Source of the DNA: an uncultured Actinomycetes bacterium
GTDB lineage: Bacteria; Actinomycetota; Thermoleophilia; UBA2241
Assembly: GCA_963709345.1 (NCBI GenBank)
Contig: CAVPVX010000011.1
Location: forward strand, 276,886 to 340,885
Length of the DNA: 64,000 nt
Direction of reading: 5' to 3'
Positions 44,810 to 58,282 of the stretch are shown here, piece after piece. The notes beneath the pieces are model-generated. The model saw nothing but the letters and a program-made list of their open reading frames with translations, made no database searches and had not been told where the DNA came from. The number at the start of each line of letters is the position of its first letter. The stretch's first letter is position 1. The position numbers were made by a program, and so were the translations under genes.

Positions 44810-45622
44810 GTGAACGCCTCCGGCGCGCTCGACGGCATGCTCGATCTGCTCTTCCCCAAGCGCTGCGTCGTGTGCCGGGTCGCCGGCGCCTGGCTCTGCG
44901 AGTCGTGCGCCGCCGGTCTCAGGCCGCTCCCCCAGCGGCGCTGTCGCCGCTGCGGCGCGCCGGTCCGCAGCGCCCGACCACAGCGCTCCCGGCGGACCGA
45001 TGCGACCGATCCCGTTCGCCTGCACCCGTCCTGCCCCGAGTGCCGCGACCGGGAGCTTGCGTTCGTCGCCGCGTCGGCGGCGTACTGCTACGAGGGCCCG
45101 GCGCGGGCCTTGGTCACAGCGTGCAAGTTCCGCGCCCTGCGCTCTCTGGTCGACGACATGGCGGAGAGGGCCAGGCCGGCGTTCGCCGCCGCGCACGGCG
45201 GATGCGGGGCCCGCCTCGTGACGTCCGTCCCGGCGCATCGCGACCATCGCCTCGAACGCGGATTCGACCCCGCCGAGCTCCTCGCCCGCCGGCTTGCGCG
45301 CGACGCCGGCCTCGCCTATGCTCCGCTGCTCCGTCGCGTAAGGCACGGGGCCCGCCAGAGCGGGCTCTCCCGGGCCGAACGCGCCGCCAATGTCCGTCGT
45401 GCGTTCGCGTTGCGGGAGAGCGGCATCAGGGTAGGTACTAAGTCCAAGAAGGTGATTATCGTCGACGACGTCTACACCACAGGTGAAACGTTGAACCAGT
45501 GTGCTGAAGCGTTTGCGCACTCCGACCTCGAAGCCCACGTCTTCACCTTCGCGCGCACCGTGCGCGCGACTCCCTCCCAAGCATCGCTAGACCATGCCGT
45601 CCAGAAGGAGCGATGTCCATGA
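44810..45622 (+). CDS. comF: ComF-family protein (double zinc-ribbon plus phosphoribosyltransferase domain)
   Basis: CxxC pairs (CVVCRV...CESC, CRRCG...CPEC) and a PRTase motif IIVDDVYTTGETL. Confidence 0.75.
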   Translation: MNASGALDGMLDLLFPKRCVVCRVAGAWLCESCAAGLRPLPQRRCRRCGAPVRSARPQRSRRTDATDPVRLHPSCPECRDRELAFVAASAAYCYEGPARALVTACKFRALRSLVDDMAERARPAFAAAHGGCGARLVTSVPAHRDHRLERGFDPAELLARRLARDAGLAYAPLLRRVRHGARQSGLSRAERAANVRRAFALRESGIRVGTKSKKVIIVDDVYTTGETLNQCAEAFAHSDLEAHVFTFARTVRATPSQASLDHAVQKERCP

Positions 45623-46239
45623 GAACTCAGATCAAGGGCCGCAACGTCACCGTGACCCCCGCACTCCAAGAGTACGCGGGGGAGAAGATCGAGCATGTGC
45701 ACAAGCTCCTGCAGCAGCGCAAGATCGACGAGGTGACGAGGGTAGAACTCGAACTCAGGGTTGAGAAGAACCCGAGCATCTCGGAGCCGTGCATCGCCGA
45801 GGCGACGGTATTCACCCGTGGACCCGTGATCAGAGCGCGCGAGACGTCGACCGACATGTACGCGGCCATCGACCTGGTCAGCGACAAGCTCGTCCGGCGC
45901 GTGAAGAAGTACCACGACAAGCTGCACGGCAAGACGCGCCACGGACACGAGAAGCTGGTGCTCCCGGCGGAGCCCGCCCCCGAACTGGCGCCGGTCGCCG
46001 CGGCCGCGGCGCTGGCCGACGAGATCGCCGGAGAAGCGGAGTACGCCGGCGACAACGGCCGCATCGTCAAGACGAAGCAGTTCGCGCTCAAGCCGATGTC
46101 GGTACACGAGGCCACGCTTCAACTCGAACTGGTCGGCCACGACTTCTTCGTGTTCACGAACGCCGAGTCGAACCGCACCAACGTCGTCTACCGGCGCAAC
46201 GACGGCCACTACGGGCTCATCGAGCCCTTCGAGAACTGA
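45613..46239 (+). CDS. hpf: Ribosome hibernation-promoting factor (long HPF)
   Basis: MSMRTQIKGRNVTVTPALQEYAGEKI... plus a C-terminal dimerisation domain. The ATG at 45619 overlaps the comF stop. Confidence 0.88.
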   Translation: MSMRTQIKGRNVTVTPALQEYAGEKIEHVHKLLQQRKIDEVTRVELELRVEKNPSISEPCIAEATVFTRGPVIRARETSTDMYAAIDLVSDKLVRRVKKYHDKLHGKTRHGHEKLVLPAEPAPELAPVAAAAALADEIAGEAEYAGDNGRIVKTKQFALKPMSVHEATLQLELVGHDFFVFTNAESNRTNVVYRRNDGHYGLIEPFEN

Positions 46240-46371
46240 GGCGACGGCCGGAGTGCGAGCGCGGCCGTGCGATCGTCATCCGGCGGAGTCGCGGCGCGGA
46301 GCGACTCCTGTCGGCCGCTGTGCGACAATAGGCGACGACGCTAGCAACCGCACCCCGGGAGTCGCGCGACT

Positions 46372-49023
<2,652 letters not shown>

Positions 49024-49029
49024 GCCGTT

Positions 49030-49440
49030 TCAAGTCTCAGGAGCGCCGTGACCACTCACCCGCGTCGTGCGAATCGTCATGGAACGTCGGCGGCTGCGCC
49101 GGCTCGCATACGCTGCTGTGGCGCCGTCCAGAGCGTCGGAGACCGTCTGCCGGTCTTCCGTGACGCCGCTGAGGCCGCTGAGTCGCAGGCGGGCGCTGTC
49201 GCGGCGCAGCCAGACGCCGTCGTCGTAGAGCGCCCGGATGCCCGCGGCCGCCATGACCGGCGCCACATTGGCCTCCGGCAGGGCGTGGTCGTGGTTGCCG
49301 AGGACGATGAGGTCGGGGTGGAGGGCGTTCACACGGTCCACGGTCGCTCGCACCCGGGCGTGCGAGACGAACGATCCGTGGTGGTTGTCCGCGACGAAGG
49401 CGACGCGCAGGCCGCCGAACGCCGGCGGCACGTTGGCGCT
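49030..49440 (-). pseudogene. Metallophosphoesterase (YfcE/YaeI-like) N-terminal fragment, no start codon, motifs II/III collapsed
   Basis: The minus frame reads LRVAFVADNHHGSFVSHARVRATVDRVNALHPDLIVLGNHDHALPEANVAPVMAAAGIRALYDDGVWLRRDSARLRLSGLSGVTED. No in-frame ATG, GTG or TTG precedes it. It lacks the distal GHTH and other metal-binding motifs. Confidence 0.4.
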
Positions 49441-49523
49441 CGTGAGGGCGTCCCGGTTGACCCGCCGCGAGCCATGGCGGCATTCTGCCCCTGCCTGGTG
49501 CCGCCTCGGGAGCGTGCGAGTCC

Positions 49524-52500
49524 CTACCTCAGAATCGGGCCTGCCTCGAGCAGCCGGCCGCACTCGTTCGCCGGCAGGGGTCTGCTGTAGAGGAACCCCT
49601 GGATGGCGTCGCAACTCTCGTCTCGCAGGACGCCGAGCTCGCCGGGCGTCTCGACCCCTTCCGCCACGACGGTGAGCCGGAGCCGGTGGCCGAGAGTGAT
49701 GACTGACGCGGCCACCGCGGCATGCTCGGGGACGTTGGACAGGTCGTGGATGAACGAGCGGTCGATCTTGACCGTGGAGATGGGCAGGCGGACGAGGTGG
49801 CTGAGGGACGAGTAGCCCGTGCCGAAGTCGTCGAGTGCGATGCGCACGGCCATCGCGCGGAGGGCGCCGAGGACCTGGGCGGTGTGGCGCGGATCGCGCA
49901 TCGCCGCCGTCTCGGTGATCTCCAGCTCGAGTGAGTGAGCGTCGAACCGCGTGCTGCGCAATGCCCTGCGAACGGTGTCGACAAGGCTCTCGTCGTGCAG
50001 CTGGCGCGCGCTGATGTTGACGCCCATGCGGAGCGGACGCCCGAGCTGACGTTGCCACGCGCGTCCCTGGCGGCATGCCTCAATGAGGACCCAGGCGCCG
50101 ATCGGCAGGAGGACGCCGCACTCTTCCGCCGATGGAATGAAGTCCAGCGGCGCGATGACCCCGCGCTCGGGATGCCGCCAGCGGAGCAGCGCCTCGACGC
50201 TTGTGATCTGACCGCTCGCTGCGTCGACCACCGGCTGGTACTCAAGAAAGAACTGGCCGGCTTCGAGCGCGTGATGCAGTTCGCCCTCGAGCGCGAGGTG
50301 GTCGGCGCGCTCGGCATTCATGCCGACGTGGAAGAACCGCCAGCAGTGGCCGCCCGCGTCCGATGCCATCCGCAGGGCGGACGCAGCGTTGCGCAACAGT
50401 TCGTCGGCCGTGACGCCGTCTGCCGGGTAAACGGCGACGCCGAGGCTCACAGTCAGGTAGAGCTCGTGCTGCCCGACGTGGATGGGTTGTCCCACCGCTG
50501 CGACGAGCTTGCCCAGCGCGGTGCTCGCCTCGTTCGGCCCTGCTGCTCCGGGCAGCAGGAGCGCATACCTGCCCGCGCCGAAGTGCGCCAGCGTGTCCTC
50601 GGCGCGTCCAGCGCGCTGCAAGCGGCGCCCGACTTCGCCGAGCAGATCGTCGGTCGCGTCGTGGCCGAGCGACGAGACGAGGGTGTCGAAACGGTCGAGC
50701 TGCAGAGTGGCGACCGCGAACGACAGGCGCTTGCGCCCCGCGTGCTTGAGCGCCTGACGGGAACGGTCCTCAAGCAGGGTGCGGTTGGCGAGCCCGGTCA
50801 CGGGGTCGTGGAGCGACAGGCTCTGCAGCCGCTCGTCGGCGGTCTTCTGCTCGGTGCGGTCGACGAGCACGGCGGTGCCGCCGATGACGGCGCCATCGGC
50901 GTCGTGGAGCGGCACGGCCTTGAGCGTGATCCACAGTTCCCGGTCGCCGGCCGTGGTCCGGTACGGGCCTTCATAGATGCCCTCGCGGCCTTCGAGCGCC
51001 GCCTCCAGTGCCGGGAGCGGCCGGAGGTCGGCGATGGTCGTGCGGATGCTCGCCCCGGCGTAGTGCCGGGGCGAGCATCCGGCGGCGGCGTCAAAGGCCG
51101 CATTGCCCTCCAGGAACGTGAGCTCCCTGTCGTACCTGAACACGCCTACCGGGAGCCCGTCCACGAGCGTCCGATATCGCTGCTCGGATTCGCGCAGCGC
51201 GGATTCGGCTCGATGGCGATCGGTCACGTCGAGCAGGATGCCCTCCTGGGCCAGCGGAGAGCCGTCCGCGTCGCGGATCAGCGCGAACCGATCCCACACC
51301 CAGCGCTCCTCGCCGTTCGCGCTCCGTATTCGATACTCGGCTTCGCCGCGCCCGCTCTCCAGCGAGTCGAGTGCGGAATCCTCGAGCAGGTGGATGTCCT
51401 CCGGATGGACGACCTTCTCCCACTCGAAGTCCGGCGCCATGAGTTGCTCGGGGGTATATCCCGTGAGGCTCTGGTCGCCGCCGACGATGAACTCGTCGGC
51501 CCACGGCGACCGCGTCTGGGCGCGGTACAGCCAGCCCGGTATCGTGCTCAGCAGCGACCGCAGCCGCCGCTCGGTCTCCGCCTGGGCATCCTGTGCCTCG
51601 TGCAGTCGCGTCACGTCGATGATCATGCCGACGATCTCGGCCGGTCTTCCCGCTTCGTCGGCGATGAACACGCCGCTGTCGAGTACCCAGCGCACCGCGC
51701 CGTCCCTGGTCACGATCCTGTGCTCCGTCTGGCTGCCAGGCGATCCGGCGGTGAGGTCGCGCCGCATGTCGTCGACGACGAACTGGAGGTCGTCGGGGTG
51801 GACGATCTGCTTCCACGAGACCGCGCCGCCGGTGAACTCCTCCGGGCCGTAGCCCGTCAGCGCCCGGCAGCCCTCGCTCAAGAACGTCGTGCCCCGGGGG
51901 CCTTGGATCGCGCTGCGATAGGCGGCTCCGGGCAGGCTGGCGACCAGGCCGCTCAGCATCTCCTCGCGCACGCGCAGAGCCGCCTCGGCTTCGTGAAGGT
52001 CCGTGACGTCGGTGACGAAGCCCTCGAGGTGCTGGAGATCACCCGCGTCGTCGAAGACGCCGACCCCGCGCTCCCAGACCCATTTCTCGCGCCCGTCCTT
52101 GGTGCTGATCCGGTACGTCGTGGTCCAGGGCGCCCGGGCGGCGAGGGCCTCCTGCACCGTCGACCAGATGGTCTCGGCGTCCGCGGGGTGAGGTAGATCG
52201 GCGTACGATACGGCGTCGCCGCCGATCAGCTCCTCCGGCCGGTAGCCCGTGAGCTCGGTGCAGCCGTCGCTCAGAACCATCATGGTCCAGCCCCGGTCGT
52301 TGAGACACCGGTACGCCATGCCGGGGACGTTCTCGAGCAGCGTCTTCATCGCCCGTTCGCCTTCGGCCGCCCGTGCGTCGGCGAGCCCGCGTTCGCGTTC
52401 GGCGCGACGCTGTTCCGTCACGTCGACCAGGACGGCCAGCGAGCGGATCACGCGGCCGCCGCTGTCTCGCTCGGCCGTGGCCGAGAGCAGGACGTCGACG

Positions 52501-53666
52501 CTAGCGCCGTCTCTGGCTACCATCTGATATGGGACGTCCTCGCAGGATCCCGACGCGAAGAATCCGGGAAGGACTTCCTCCTGCGCGAAGCGCCGGGACT
52601 CCTCGGTCAGAAACTCCGTCGACCGCCGCCCCAGGACTTCTTCGGCGCTGTAGCCGAGGCGTTGAAGCCAGCGATCGCTCACGCTCAGCAGACGACCCTG
52701 GGCGTCGATCGAGTGGAGCATCACCGGCGTTCTCAGATACAGGGTCCGGTACTTCTCCTCGCTCTCGCGCAGCGCCTCGCCGGCGCGCTTACCTTCGGTG
52801 ACGTCGCGCACGATGAGGAGCATCTCGCCGTTATCCCGCGGCACGTGCCGCACCTCGTCGTACCGGATGGAGGCGGGCGTGGCCCTCGTCACCTCCGCCG
52901 TCACCGGTTTGCCGGTGGCTCGCGCGAGGGCGACCGCCTGCCGGATCCTCGCTGCTGCGTCCCCGGGCAGGTCCTTCCACGGCAGGTTGCCGGGCGACGC
53001 CGCGGCCAGATGGCCGGGATCGTGCGCCGCGGCATGCCGGCCGCCGACGACCCGCGCCACCGTATCGTCGGCGTTCAGATACAGATAGGTGTCGGGCAGC
53101 GTCTCTACGATGCCCCGGACGCCTGCCGCCGCGTCTCGCACGGCGTCCTTCATCTCCTTGAGAGTGGTCAGGTCGACGATCGTGGCGACCACGGCCTCGA
53201 GGGCGCCCGCGCTGCTCGTCAGCGGCTCTACGGCCACCTGCACCCAGGTCGACGGCAGTCCGTCGTCCCACGCCAGCTCGAGCACGATGCCGTCGACAGG
53301 CTGCCCCGTGCGCACGGCGTCGAGAAGGCCGGCTGCGGCGAGGTCGGCGGGCGTTCCGTCTTCGGAGACCACGGCGCCACGCCACTCGGGGATGTCGACG
53401 GCGAGGCTGCCGACGACGCGATCGCGCGTGACTCGCAGAAGCGTCGCGGCCCGCCGGTTCAGGTCGATGATGCGGCCGGACGGGTCGCACACGACGATCG
53501 CGGCGGCGACCGCGTCGACCGTCACGGATGCGGTCGGATGCCCCGCCGGCTCCGCCGACGGGTGGTCGCGGCCCGATGAAGCAGCCGCCGCGGCCTGAGT
53601 CTCGCCCCGCGCGGCCGGCTTCCTGCTTTCCGGTGTCCCGGTCGCGTCTTTGTGCTTCCTCGTCAT
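49524..53666 (-). CDS. Multi-PAS (about 8 PAS/PAC) signalling protein with a degenerate GGDEF (GAGRY, I-site RAED retained) and an intact EAL phosphodiesterase domain
   Basis: ORF 49524..53861(-); the likely start is ATG 53666 (MTRKHKD...). It has repeated PAC boxes (..DVT.....AE..). The GGDEF-domain motif reads [13 protein letters not shown]. The EAL domain has [26 protein letters not shown] and EGVE. Confidence 0.85.
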   Translation of the reverse strand: MTRKHKDATGTPESRKPAARGETQAAAAASSGRDHPSAEPAGHPTASVTVDAVAAAIVVCDPSGRIIDLNRRAATLLRVTRDRVVGSLAVDIPEWRGAVVSEDGTPADLAAAGLLDAVRTGQPVDGIVLELAWDDGLPSTWVQVAVEPLTSSAGALEAVVATIVDLTTLKEMKDAVRDAAAGVRGIVETLPDTYLYLNADDTVARVVGGRHAAAHDPGHLAAASPGNLPWKDLPGDAAARIRQAVALARATGKPVTAEVTRATPASIRYDEVRHVPRDNGEMLLIVRDVTEGKRAGEALRESEEKYRTLYLRTPVMLHSIDAQGRLLSVSDRWLQRLGYSAEEVLGRRSTEFLTEESRRFAQEEVLPGFFASGSCEDVPYQMVARDGASVDVLLSATAERDSGGRVIRSLAVLVDVTEQRRAERERGLADARAAEGERAMKTLLENVPGMAYRCLNDRGWTMMVLSDGCTELTGYRPEELIGGDAVSYADLPHPADAETIWSTVQEALAARAPWTTTYRISTKDGREKWVWERGVGVFDDAGDLQHLEGFVTDVTDLHEAEAALRVREEMLSGLVASLPGAAYRSAIQGPRGTTFLSEGCRALTGYGPEEFTGGAVSWKQIVHPDDLQFVVDDMRRDLTAGSPGSQTEHRIVTRDGAVRWVLDSGVFIADEAGRPAEIVGMIIDVTRLHEAQDAQAETERRLRSLLSTIPGWLYRAQTRSPWADEFIVGGDQSLTGYTPEQLMAPDFEWEKVVHPEDIHLLEDSALDSLESGRGEAEYRIRSANGEERWVWDRFALIRDADGSPLAQEGILLDVTDRHRAESALRESEQRYRTLVDGLPVGVFRYDRELTFLEGNAAFDAAAGCSPRHYAGASIRTTIADLRPLPALEAALEGREGIYEGPYRTTAGDRELWITLKAVPLHDADGAVIGGTAVLVDRTEQKTADERLQSLSLHDPVTGLANRTLLEDRSRQALKHAGRKRLSFAVATLQLDRFDTLVSSLGHDATDDLLGEVGRRLQRAGRAEDTLAHFGAGRYALLLPGAAGPNEASTALGKLVAAVGQPIHVGQHELYLTVSLGVAVYPADGVTADELLRNAASALRMASDAGGHCWRFFHVGMNAERADHLALEGELHHALEAGQFFLEYQPVVDAASGQITSVEALLRWRHPERGVIAPLDFIPSAEECGVLLPIGAWVLIEACRQGRAWQRQLGRPLRMGVNISARQLHDESLVDTVRRALRSTRFDAHSLELEITETAAMRDPRHTAQVLGALRAMAVRIALDDFGTGYSSLSHLVRLPISTVKIDRSFIHDLSNVPEHAAVAASVITLGHRLRLTVVAEGVETPGELGVLRDESCDAIQGFLYSRPLPANECGRLLEAGPILR

Positions 53667-53802
53667 CGTCCCCTCGCGGCCACCGCCCTGGCAGCAGTCT
53701 GCCCAAACGGCCGCCTCCCACGCACGTGCTCTGCACGGACGGTATCGGCGGGTGGGCATCCGGGCTGAAGCGGTTCGCGGATTCCGGTACACTACCTCGG
53801 TC

Positions 53803-54963
53803 ATGAGTACCACCGCCTCAGAAGCACTCGTCCACCTGGACTCGCTCCGCGAGCGTCTCAAGGAAGCCTCCGGGCGCCTGGGATGGCTGCGGAGCTATCT
53901 TGACCCGCCAGGGCTGACAGAGCAGATCGAGGCGCTCGAAGAGCGCATGCGCGCCCCCGGCTTCTGGGACGACCAGCAACAGGCCCCGAGGATCTCCGCC
54001 GAGTACAGCCGGGCCAAGAGGCGCCTTGCCGACTTCGCCGATCTCGAAGGCCGCTTCGCCGATCTCGAATCCACCGAGGAGCTGCTGCGTGAGGATCTGA
54101 GCGGCGACGCCGTGGACGACGAGCTCCTGCAGGAGCTCGTGAGCGGCGTCGCCGAGCTCGAGGCCGACCTGCAGCGCGGGGAAGAGCTGCGCTTCTTCAG
54201 CGGCAAGTACGACGAGGGTGGCGCGATACTCACCATCCACCCCGGCGCCGGCGGCACGGAGTCCCAGGACTGGGCCGAGATGCTGCTGCGCATGTACCTG
54301 CGCTGGTTCGAGCGCCGCGGCTTCAGCGTCGAGGTCAACGATTCGCAAGAGGGCGACGAGGCGGGCCTCAAGAGCGCCACGCTCACCGTGGAGGGCGAGA
54401 ACGTTTACGGTCTGCTGCAGTCCGAGAAGGGCGTGCACCGGCTCGTGCGCATGAGCCCGTTCGACTCGGCCAACCGGCGGCACACCAGCTTCGTCTCGGT
54501 CGATGCATCGCCGCTGGTCAGCGACGACGTCGAGGTGGAGATCGACGACGACGACCTGCGCATCGACACGTACCGGTCCAGCGGCGCCGGCGGGCAGCAC
54601 GTCAACAAGACGAGCTCCGCGATCCGCATCACGCACCTGCCCACCAACATCGTGGTGCAGTGCCAGAACGAACGCTCGCAACTGCAGAACAAGACCGTGG
54701 CGATGCACATGCTGAAGTCCAAGCTGGTGGAGCTCGAGGAGCGCCACCTGGCGGAAGAGCTGGCGCGTGAGCGCGGCGAGGTGCTCAACGTCGACTTCGG
54801 CAGCCAGATCCGCAGTTACGTGCTGCATCCCTACCAGATGGTGAAGGACCTGCGCACGGGGCACGAGGTCGGCAACACCCAAGCTGTGCTCGACGGCGAT
54901 CTCGACGGCTTCGTGCACGCGTACCTCGTGTGGCGCGCCGGCGGGAGCGAGCCGCGCAAGTAG
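53803..54963 (+). CDS. prfB: Peptide chain release factor 2 (no programmed frameshift)
   Basis: It carries the SPF motif (...MSPFDS...) and GGQ (..[11 protein letters not shown]..). The N-terminus reads ...LRSYLDPPG as one continuous frame. Confidence 0.9.
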   Translation: MSTTASEALVHLDSLRERLKEASGRLGWLRSYLDPPGLTEQIEALEERMRAPGFWDDQQQAPRISAEYSRAKRRLADFADLEGRFADLESTEELLREDLSGDAVDDELLQELVSGVAELEADLQRGEELRFFSGKYDEGGAILTIHPGAGGTESQDWAEMLLRMYLRWFERRGFSVEVNDSQEGDEAGLKSATLTVEGENVYGLLQSEKGVHRLVRMSPFDSANRRHTSFVSVDASPLVSDDVEVEIDDDDLRIDTYRSSGAGGQHVNKTSSAIRITHLPTNIVVQCQNERSQLQNKTVAMHMLKSKLVELEERHLAEELARERGEVLNVDFGSQIRSYVLHPYQMVKDLRTGHEVGNTQAVLDGDLDGFVHAYLVWRAGGSEPRK

Positions 54964-54965
54964 TC

Positions 54966-55760
54966 GTGTCGCCGCCCGGGGACTATCACGTCCACACGCG
55001 GTTCTCCGACGGGGAGGGTGAGCCGGCCGACTGCGTCGAGAGGGCGCTGGCGCTCGGCCTCCCGGAGATCGGCATCACCGACCACCTCACGCCCGCGGTC
55101 CTCCAGGCCGACGGCGACTGGAGCCTCGCTCGTGAGTGCATGGATGAGTACGTCGCCGCCGTGCGGGCCGCCGCCGCGCGCTTCCCCGGCATCACCGTGC
55201 TGCTCGGCGTCGAGGCGGATTACGTGCCGGGTGCGGAGGACGAGCTCGCCGAGATGCTGGGCGCCCACCCCTTCGACTACGTCATCGGTGGGCTGCACTA
55301 CGTCGACGGCTTCTCGTTCGACGAGCCGGCCACCCGCGACGACCCTCTCTGGGACGACGCCGCTTCGCTGTACCGCCGTTACTACGCGCTGATCGCCGGC
55401 GCCGCCGCGTCCGGACTCTTCGACGTCATCGCGCACCTGGACTACGTGATGCTGTGGGGACGTCGTTCGGCGGTCGACATCTCGGCAGCCGAAGATGCGG
55501 CGCTCGCCGCGCTGGCGACCCACGGGATCGCCATCGAGCTCAATACGACGGGTACGCTGGAGCCGGCCGGCCTCATGCACCCCGCGCCTGACCTGCTGGT
55601 GCATGCGTGCCGGTTGGGCATCCCCCTCGTCTTCGGTTCGGATGCTCACCAGGTGGACCAGGTGGGATGGCGGTTCGACGCCGCAGTAGGGTTGGCGCGG
55701 CAGGCCGGGTACCATGCCAGCCTGGAGCTCTCCTCGAGGAAGCAGAGCCCGTTGGGATGA
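54966..55760 (+). CDS. hisK: Histidinol-phosphatase, PHP family (HisK/HisJ type)
   Basis: GTG at 54966. YHVHTRFSDGEG...GITDHL...GGLHYVD... are PHP metal-binding motifs. Confidence 0.75.
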   Translation: MSPPGDYHVHTRFSDGEGEPADCVERALALGLPEIGITDHLTPAVLQADGDWSLARECMDEYVAAVRAAAARFPGITVLLGVEADYVPGAEDELAEMLGAHPFDYVIGGLHYVDGFSFDEPATRDDPLWDDAASLYRRYYALIAGAAASGLFDVIAHLDYVMLWGRRSAVDISAAEDAALAALATHGIAIELNTTGTLEPAGLMHPAPDLLVHACRLGIPLVFGSDAHQVDQVGWRFDAAVGLARQAGYHASLELSSRKQSPLG

Positions 55761-55819
55761 AGCCGTCGCGTCGACTGGGCGTCTGCCGACCGGCCGCCGG
55801 GGGTTTGGCCGGCCGTCAG

Positions 55820-56192
55820 TCGGCGCCGACGGCGCCGAGGACCAAGTCCTGCAGACAGCTCGTGAACACGGACACGTACTCGTCTCGCACGACGCGCAGT
55901 CTCTCCTGCCAATCGCGTCCACGCGCCACATCTTGCTCATCACGAGCTTGGTGAACGCCTGGTATCGCTAGACGTACGTCAACTCAGCGTGCACCAGGGC
56001 GCGTAGAGTCTCGACAGGCCCCTCCACGTCGCGGACCTCCTCGCGGATGCCGGCGGCCAGGTGCTGCAGGCCGTCGTGGAGCAGCGCGCTCACGATCTCG
56101 TCGACCGTCGTGCGCGCGTAGCCGTGTTCGCCGAACAACTCGATCGCCGCTCTGTACGACCGCTCGACGCTGTCGCCCTTGGCGTGCGCCAT
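55820..56192 (-). pseudogene. TetR-family regulator remnant (HTH N-terminus, then premature stop, then out-of-frame C-terminal helices)
   Basis: The minus strand gives MAHAKGDSVERSYRAAIELFGEHGYARTTVDEIV...TYV, then a stop at 55968. The next frame continues ...DWQERLRVVRDEYVSVFTSCLQDLVLGAVGAD. The same ORF (55968..56573) carries an upstream heptad L-x-x-G repeat fragment (YhgE/Pip-like). Confidence 0.35.
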
Positions 56193-56632
56193 CTGTCTTC
56201 CTCGCATCTCCGCTGCCGCCGCTTCCGACGTCTTGGCGGCGGCCGTTTCGACGCCGGTCGCCAAGCCGTCGGCTGCTCGTGCCGCCTGCGTGGCGCCGCT
56301 GTGCAGGGAGCTCGCACCAGAGGAGAGCTCGCTCAGGCCAGTGCGAAGTGACTTGGCACCGGAGTCGGCGTCGCTCAGGTAGCCTGTGATGGTCTGTGAC
56401 CCCGCGCCTTCATGGATGGCTTGAGGCAGAGTGCGAACGGCTCGAGAACCGAGTCGACCTGCGCTTCGCCGGCTGCGCCCGTGGAACGCCAGCTCAGCCA
56501 TGACCTGGTCGGCTTGGTAGCCCACTCTGCATCGCACGCGAACGTGGCGCGAAACCGATCCCGAGGCGCTCACCCGGTGATAGGCTGCGACGCGTGTACG
56601 TCGGGGCCGGCCAGCGACGAGGAGGACGGCTG

Positions 56633-57190
56633 ATGAGGAACGTCGGGGAATCGGGGGAGGGGCGGCGGCCGGCGCTCACCGGTGACGTGGTTCGGATCCG
56701 GTCCGCCCGCGAGGGCGATGTCCCCGTGCTGCTGGCCATTCTGGACGAGCCCGAAGTCGCGCGCTGGTGGCGGCGGTCGGAATGGGAGCGGATCGATGAA
56801 ATCGGAGCGGTCACCTTCGTGATCGAGGCGCCTCCGACGGCCGCCGCACCGGCGGCGTGCAGTAGCGTCGTCGGCTGCATCCAGTACACGGAGGAAGAGA
56901 GTCCGGAGTATCGCTCGGCCGCCGTCGATATCTTCGTCTCGGCGGCATGCCATGGGCGCGGCATAGGCCCCGACGCAATGCGTTCACTCATCACCTGGCT
57001 GATCGACGAACGCGGGCATCATCGTCTCACGGTCGATCCGGCGGCGGCGAACGCCCATGCCATCCACGTCTACGAGAAGCTGGGCTTCAGACCGGTGGGC
57101 GTGCTGCGGCAGTATGAGCGCGTCGAGGACGGGGTCTGGCGTGACGCGCTCCTGATGGAGCTGCTGGCCGAGGAGTTCGTGCGCGCCTGA
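56633..57190 (+). CDS. GNAT-family N-acetyltransferase
   Basis: ...HGRGIGPDAMRSLITWL...VYEKLGFRPVG... is an acetyl-CoA binding motif. The ATG at 56633 lies inside the tool ORF 56594..57190. Confidence 0.75.
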   Translation: MRNVGESGEGRRPALTGDVVRIRSAREGDVPVLLAILDEPEVARWWRRSEWERIDEIGAVTFVIEAPPTAAAPAACSSVVGCIQYTEEESPEYRSAAVDIFVSAACHGRGIGPDAMRSLITWLIDERGHHRLTVDPAAANAHAIHVYEKLGFRPVGVLRQYERVEDGVWRDALLMELLAEEFVRA

Positions 57191-57212
57191 GGCGCGCACG
57201 CCGCCGCAGGCG

Positions 57213-58197
57213 TCAGTCGTCCAGCGTGAACTCGGTGAGGAAGGTCGCAAGCGCGGCGAACTCCGTCTCGAGCTGCGACTCGAGCCTTCCCGGGTACCTC
57301 TGCTCGATGTAGCTCAGCGTGTCCTTCTTGGAGTGCCAGATGGCGCGGTCCTTGAAGGTGTTGAGGTACCCGTCTTTCGTCGCCGAGAAGCCAGTTCGTC
57401 GCTTCGAGGTAGAGGTAGGGGATGCCGGCCTTGCGGAACGCGACGTGGTCGCTCCAGTCGCCCGTGGTCCCGTAGGGGTGGTCGGCGTTGAGCCCGGGGC
57501 TCGTGAGGATGAAGGCGTCCGTCTGGCGCGCCACGCTGCGGAACGCGAGTTGCGGCCAGGGATCGTCCTTGCTGCTGTAGCAGTAGAGTCGGTCGCCGGT
57601 GGCCACGGAATCGAAGTTGATCATGAGCACGGTCTCGGCTTTGGTCTGGTCGCTCATCTCAGCGACGTAGTGCGCCGAGCCGCGGAGTCCCACCTCCTCG
57701 GCGCCGAAGGCGACGAAGACCAGGGTGTACGGGGTCGAGGCGTCGCGCAAGGCGTCTGCGAGCTGCATCATGAGTGCGACGCCGGTCGCGTTGTCGAAGG
57801 CCCCGCGGCCGGCCGAGACCGAGTCGTAGTGGGCGCCGATCACGATCTGCTCGGCGCTGGCGCCGGGCTTGACGGCGACGATGTTACGCGAGCTCCGGGA
57901 GGCGCTCCCGGCGCTGAAGGTGAAGTCCTGGGTGTCGGGCACGTAGCCGAGGTCGGTGAACCACTGCAGGATGCGTTCGCCGGCGCGGCGCTCACCGGAT
58001 CTGCCGGCCACTCGCGGGCCGATCTCGTCGGTCAGTTCGGCCATGTACTCGTAGGCGTCGGTGCCGGCCGTCGGTCCAGCCATCGGCACGGTCTCTGCCG
58101 CGGCACGGGACGAGTGAGTCTGTACGGCGGCTATGCCGAGCGCGAGCAGCGTCGCCAGAGCGGCAGCGGCGACGACGGCGAAGATCCCCCTGCGCAT
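57213..58197 (-). CDS. M28-family Zn aminopeptidase with signal peptide; reading frame broken by a 1-nt indel near 57375
   Basis: ATG at 58197 gives MRRGIFAVVAAAALATLLALG... with ...GAHYDSV...DNATGVALMMQLA...FGAEEVGLRGS.... After ...EATNW the conserved C-terminus (DGYLNTFKDRAIWHSKKDTLSYIEQ...TLDD*) continues in the -1 frame. Its stop is at 57213. Confidence 0.65.
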
Positions 58198-58282
58198 GGT
58201 CTCCCCCTCGAGAAGCGATAGCGATTCCGCCCTGCTTGTACACGTCGGGAGCGCTTCGGTCAATCTGCGGTAGCATGCGGTC

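Noticed and set aside
49935-52196. 753-aa plus ORF
   Set aside because: It runs antisense to the PAS-GGDEF-EAL gene; it is an artefact.
53803-53900. Programmed +1 frameshift in prfB
   Set aside because: The N-terminus is continuous in one frame; no CUU UGA C site is present.
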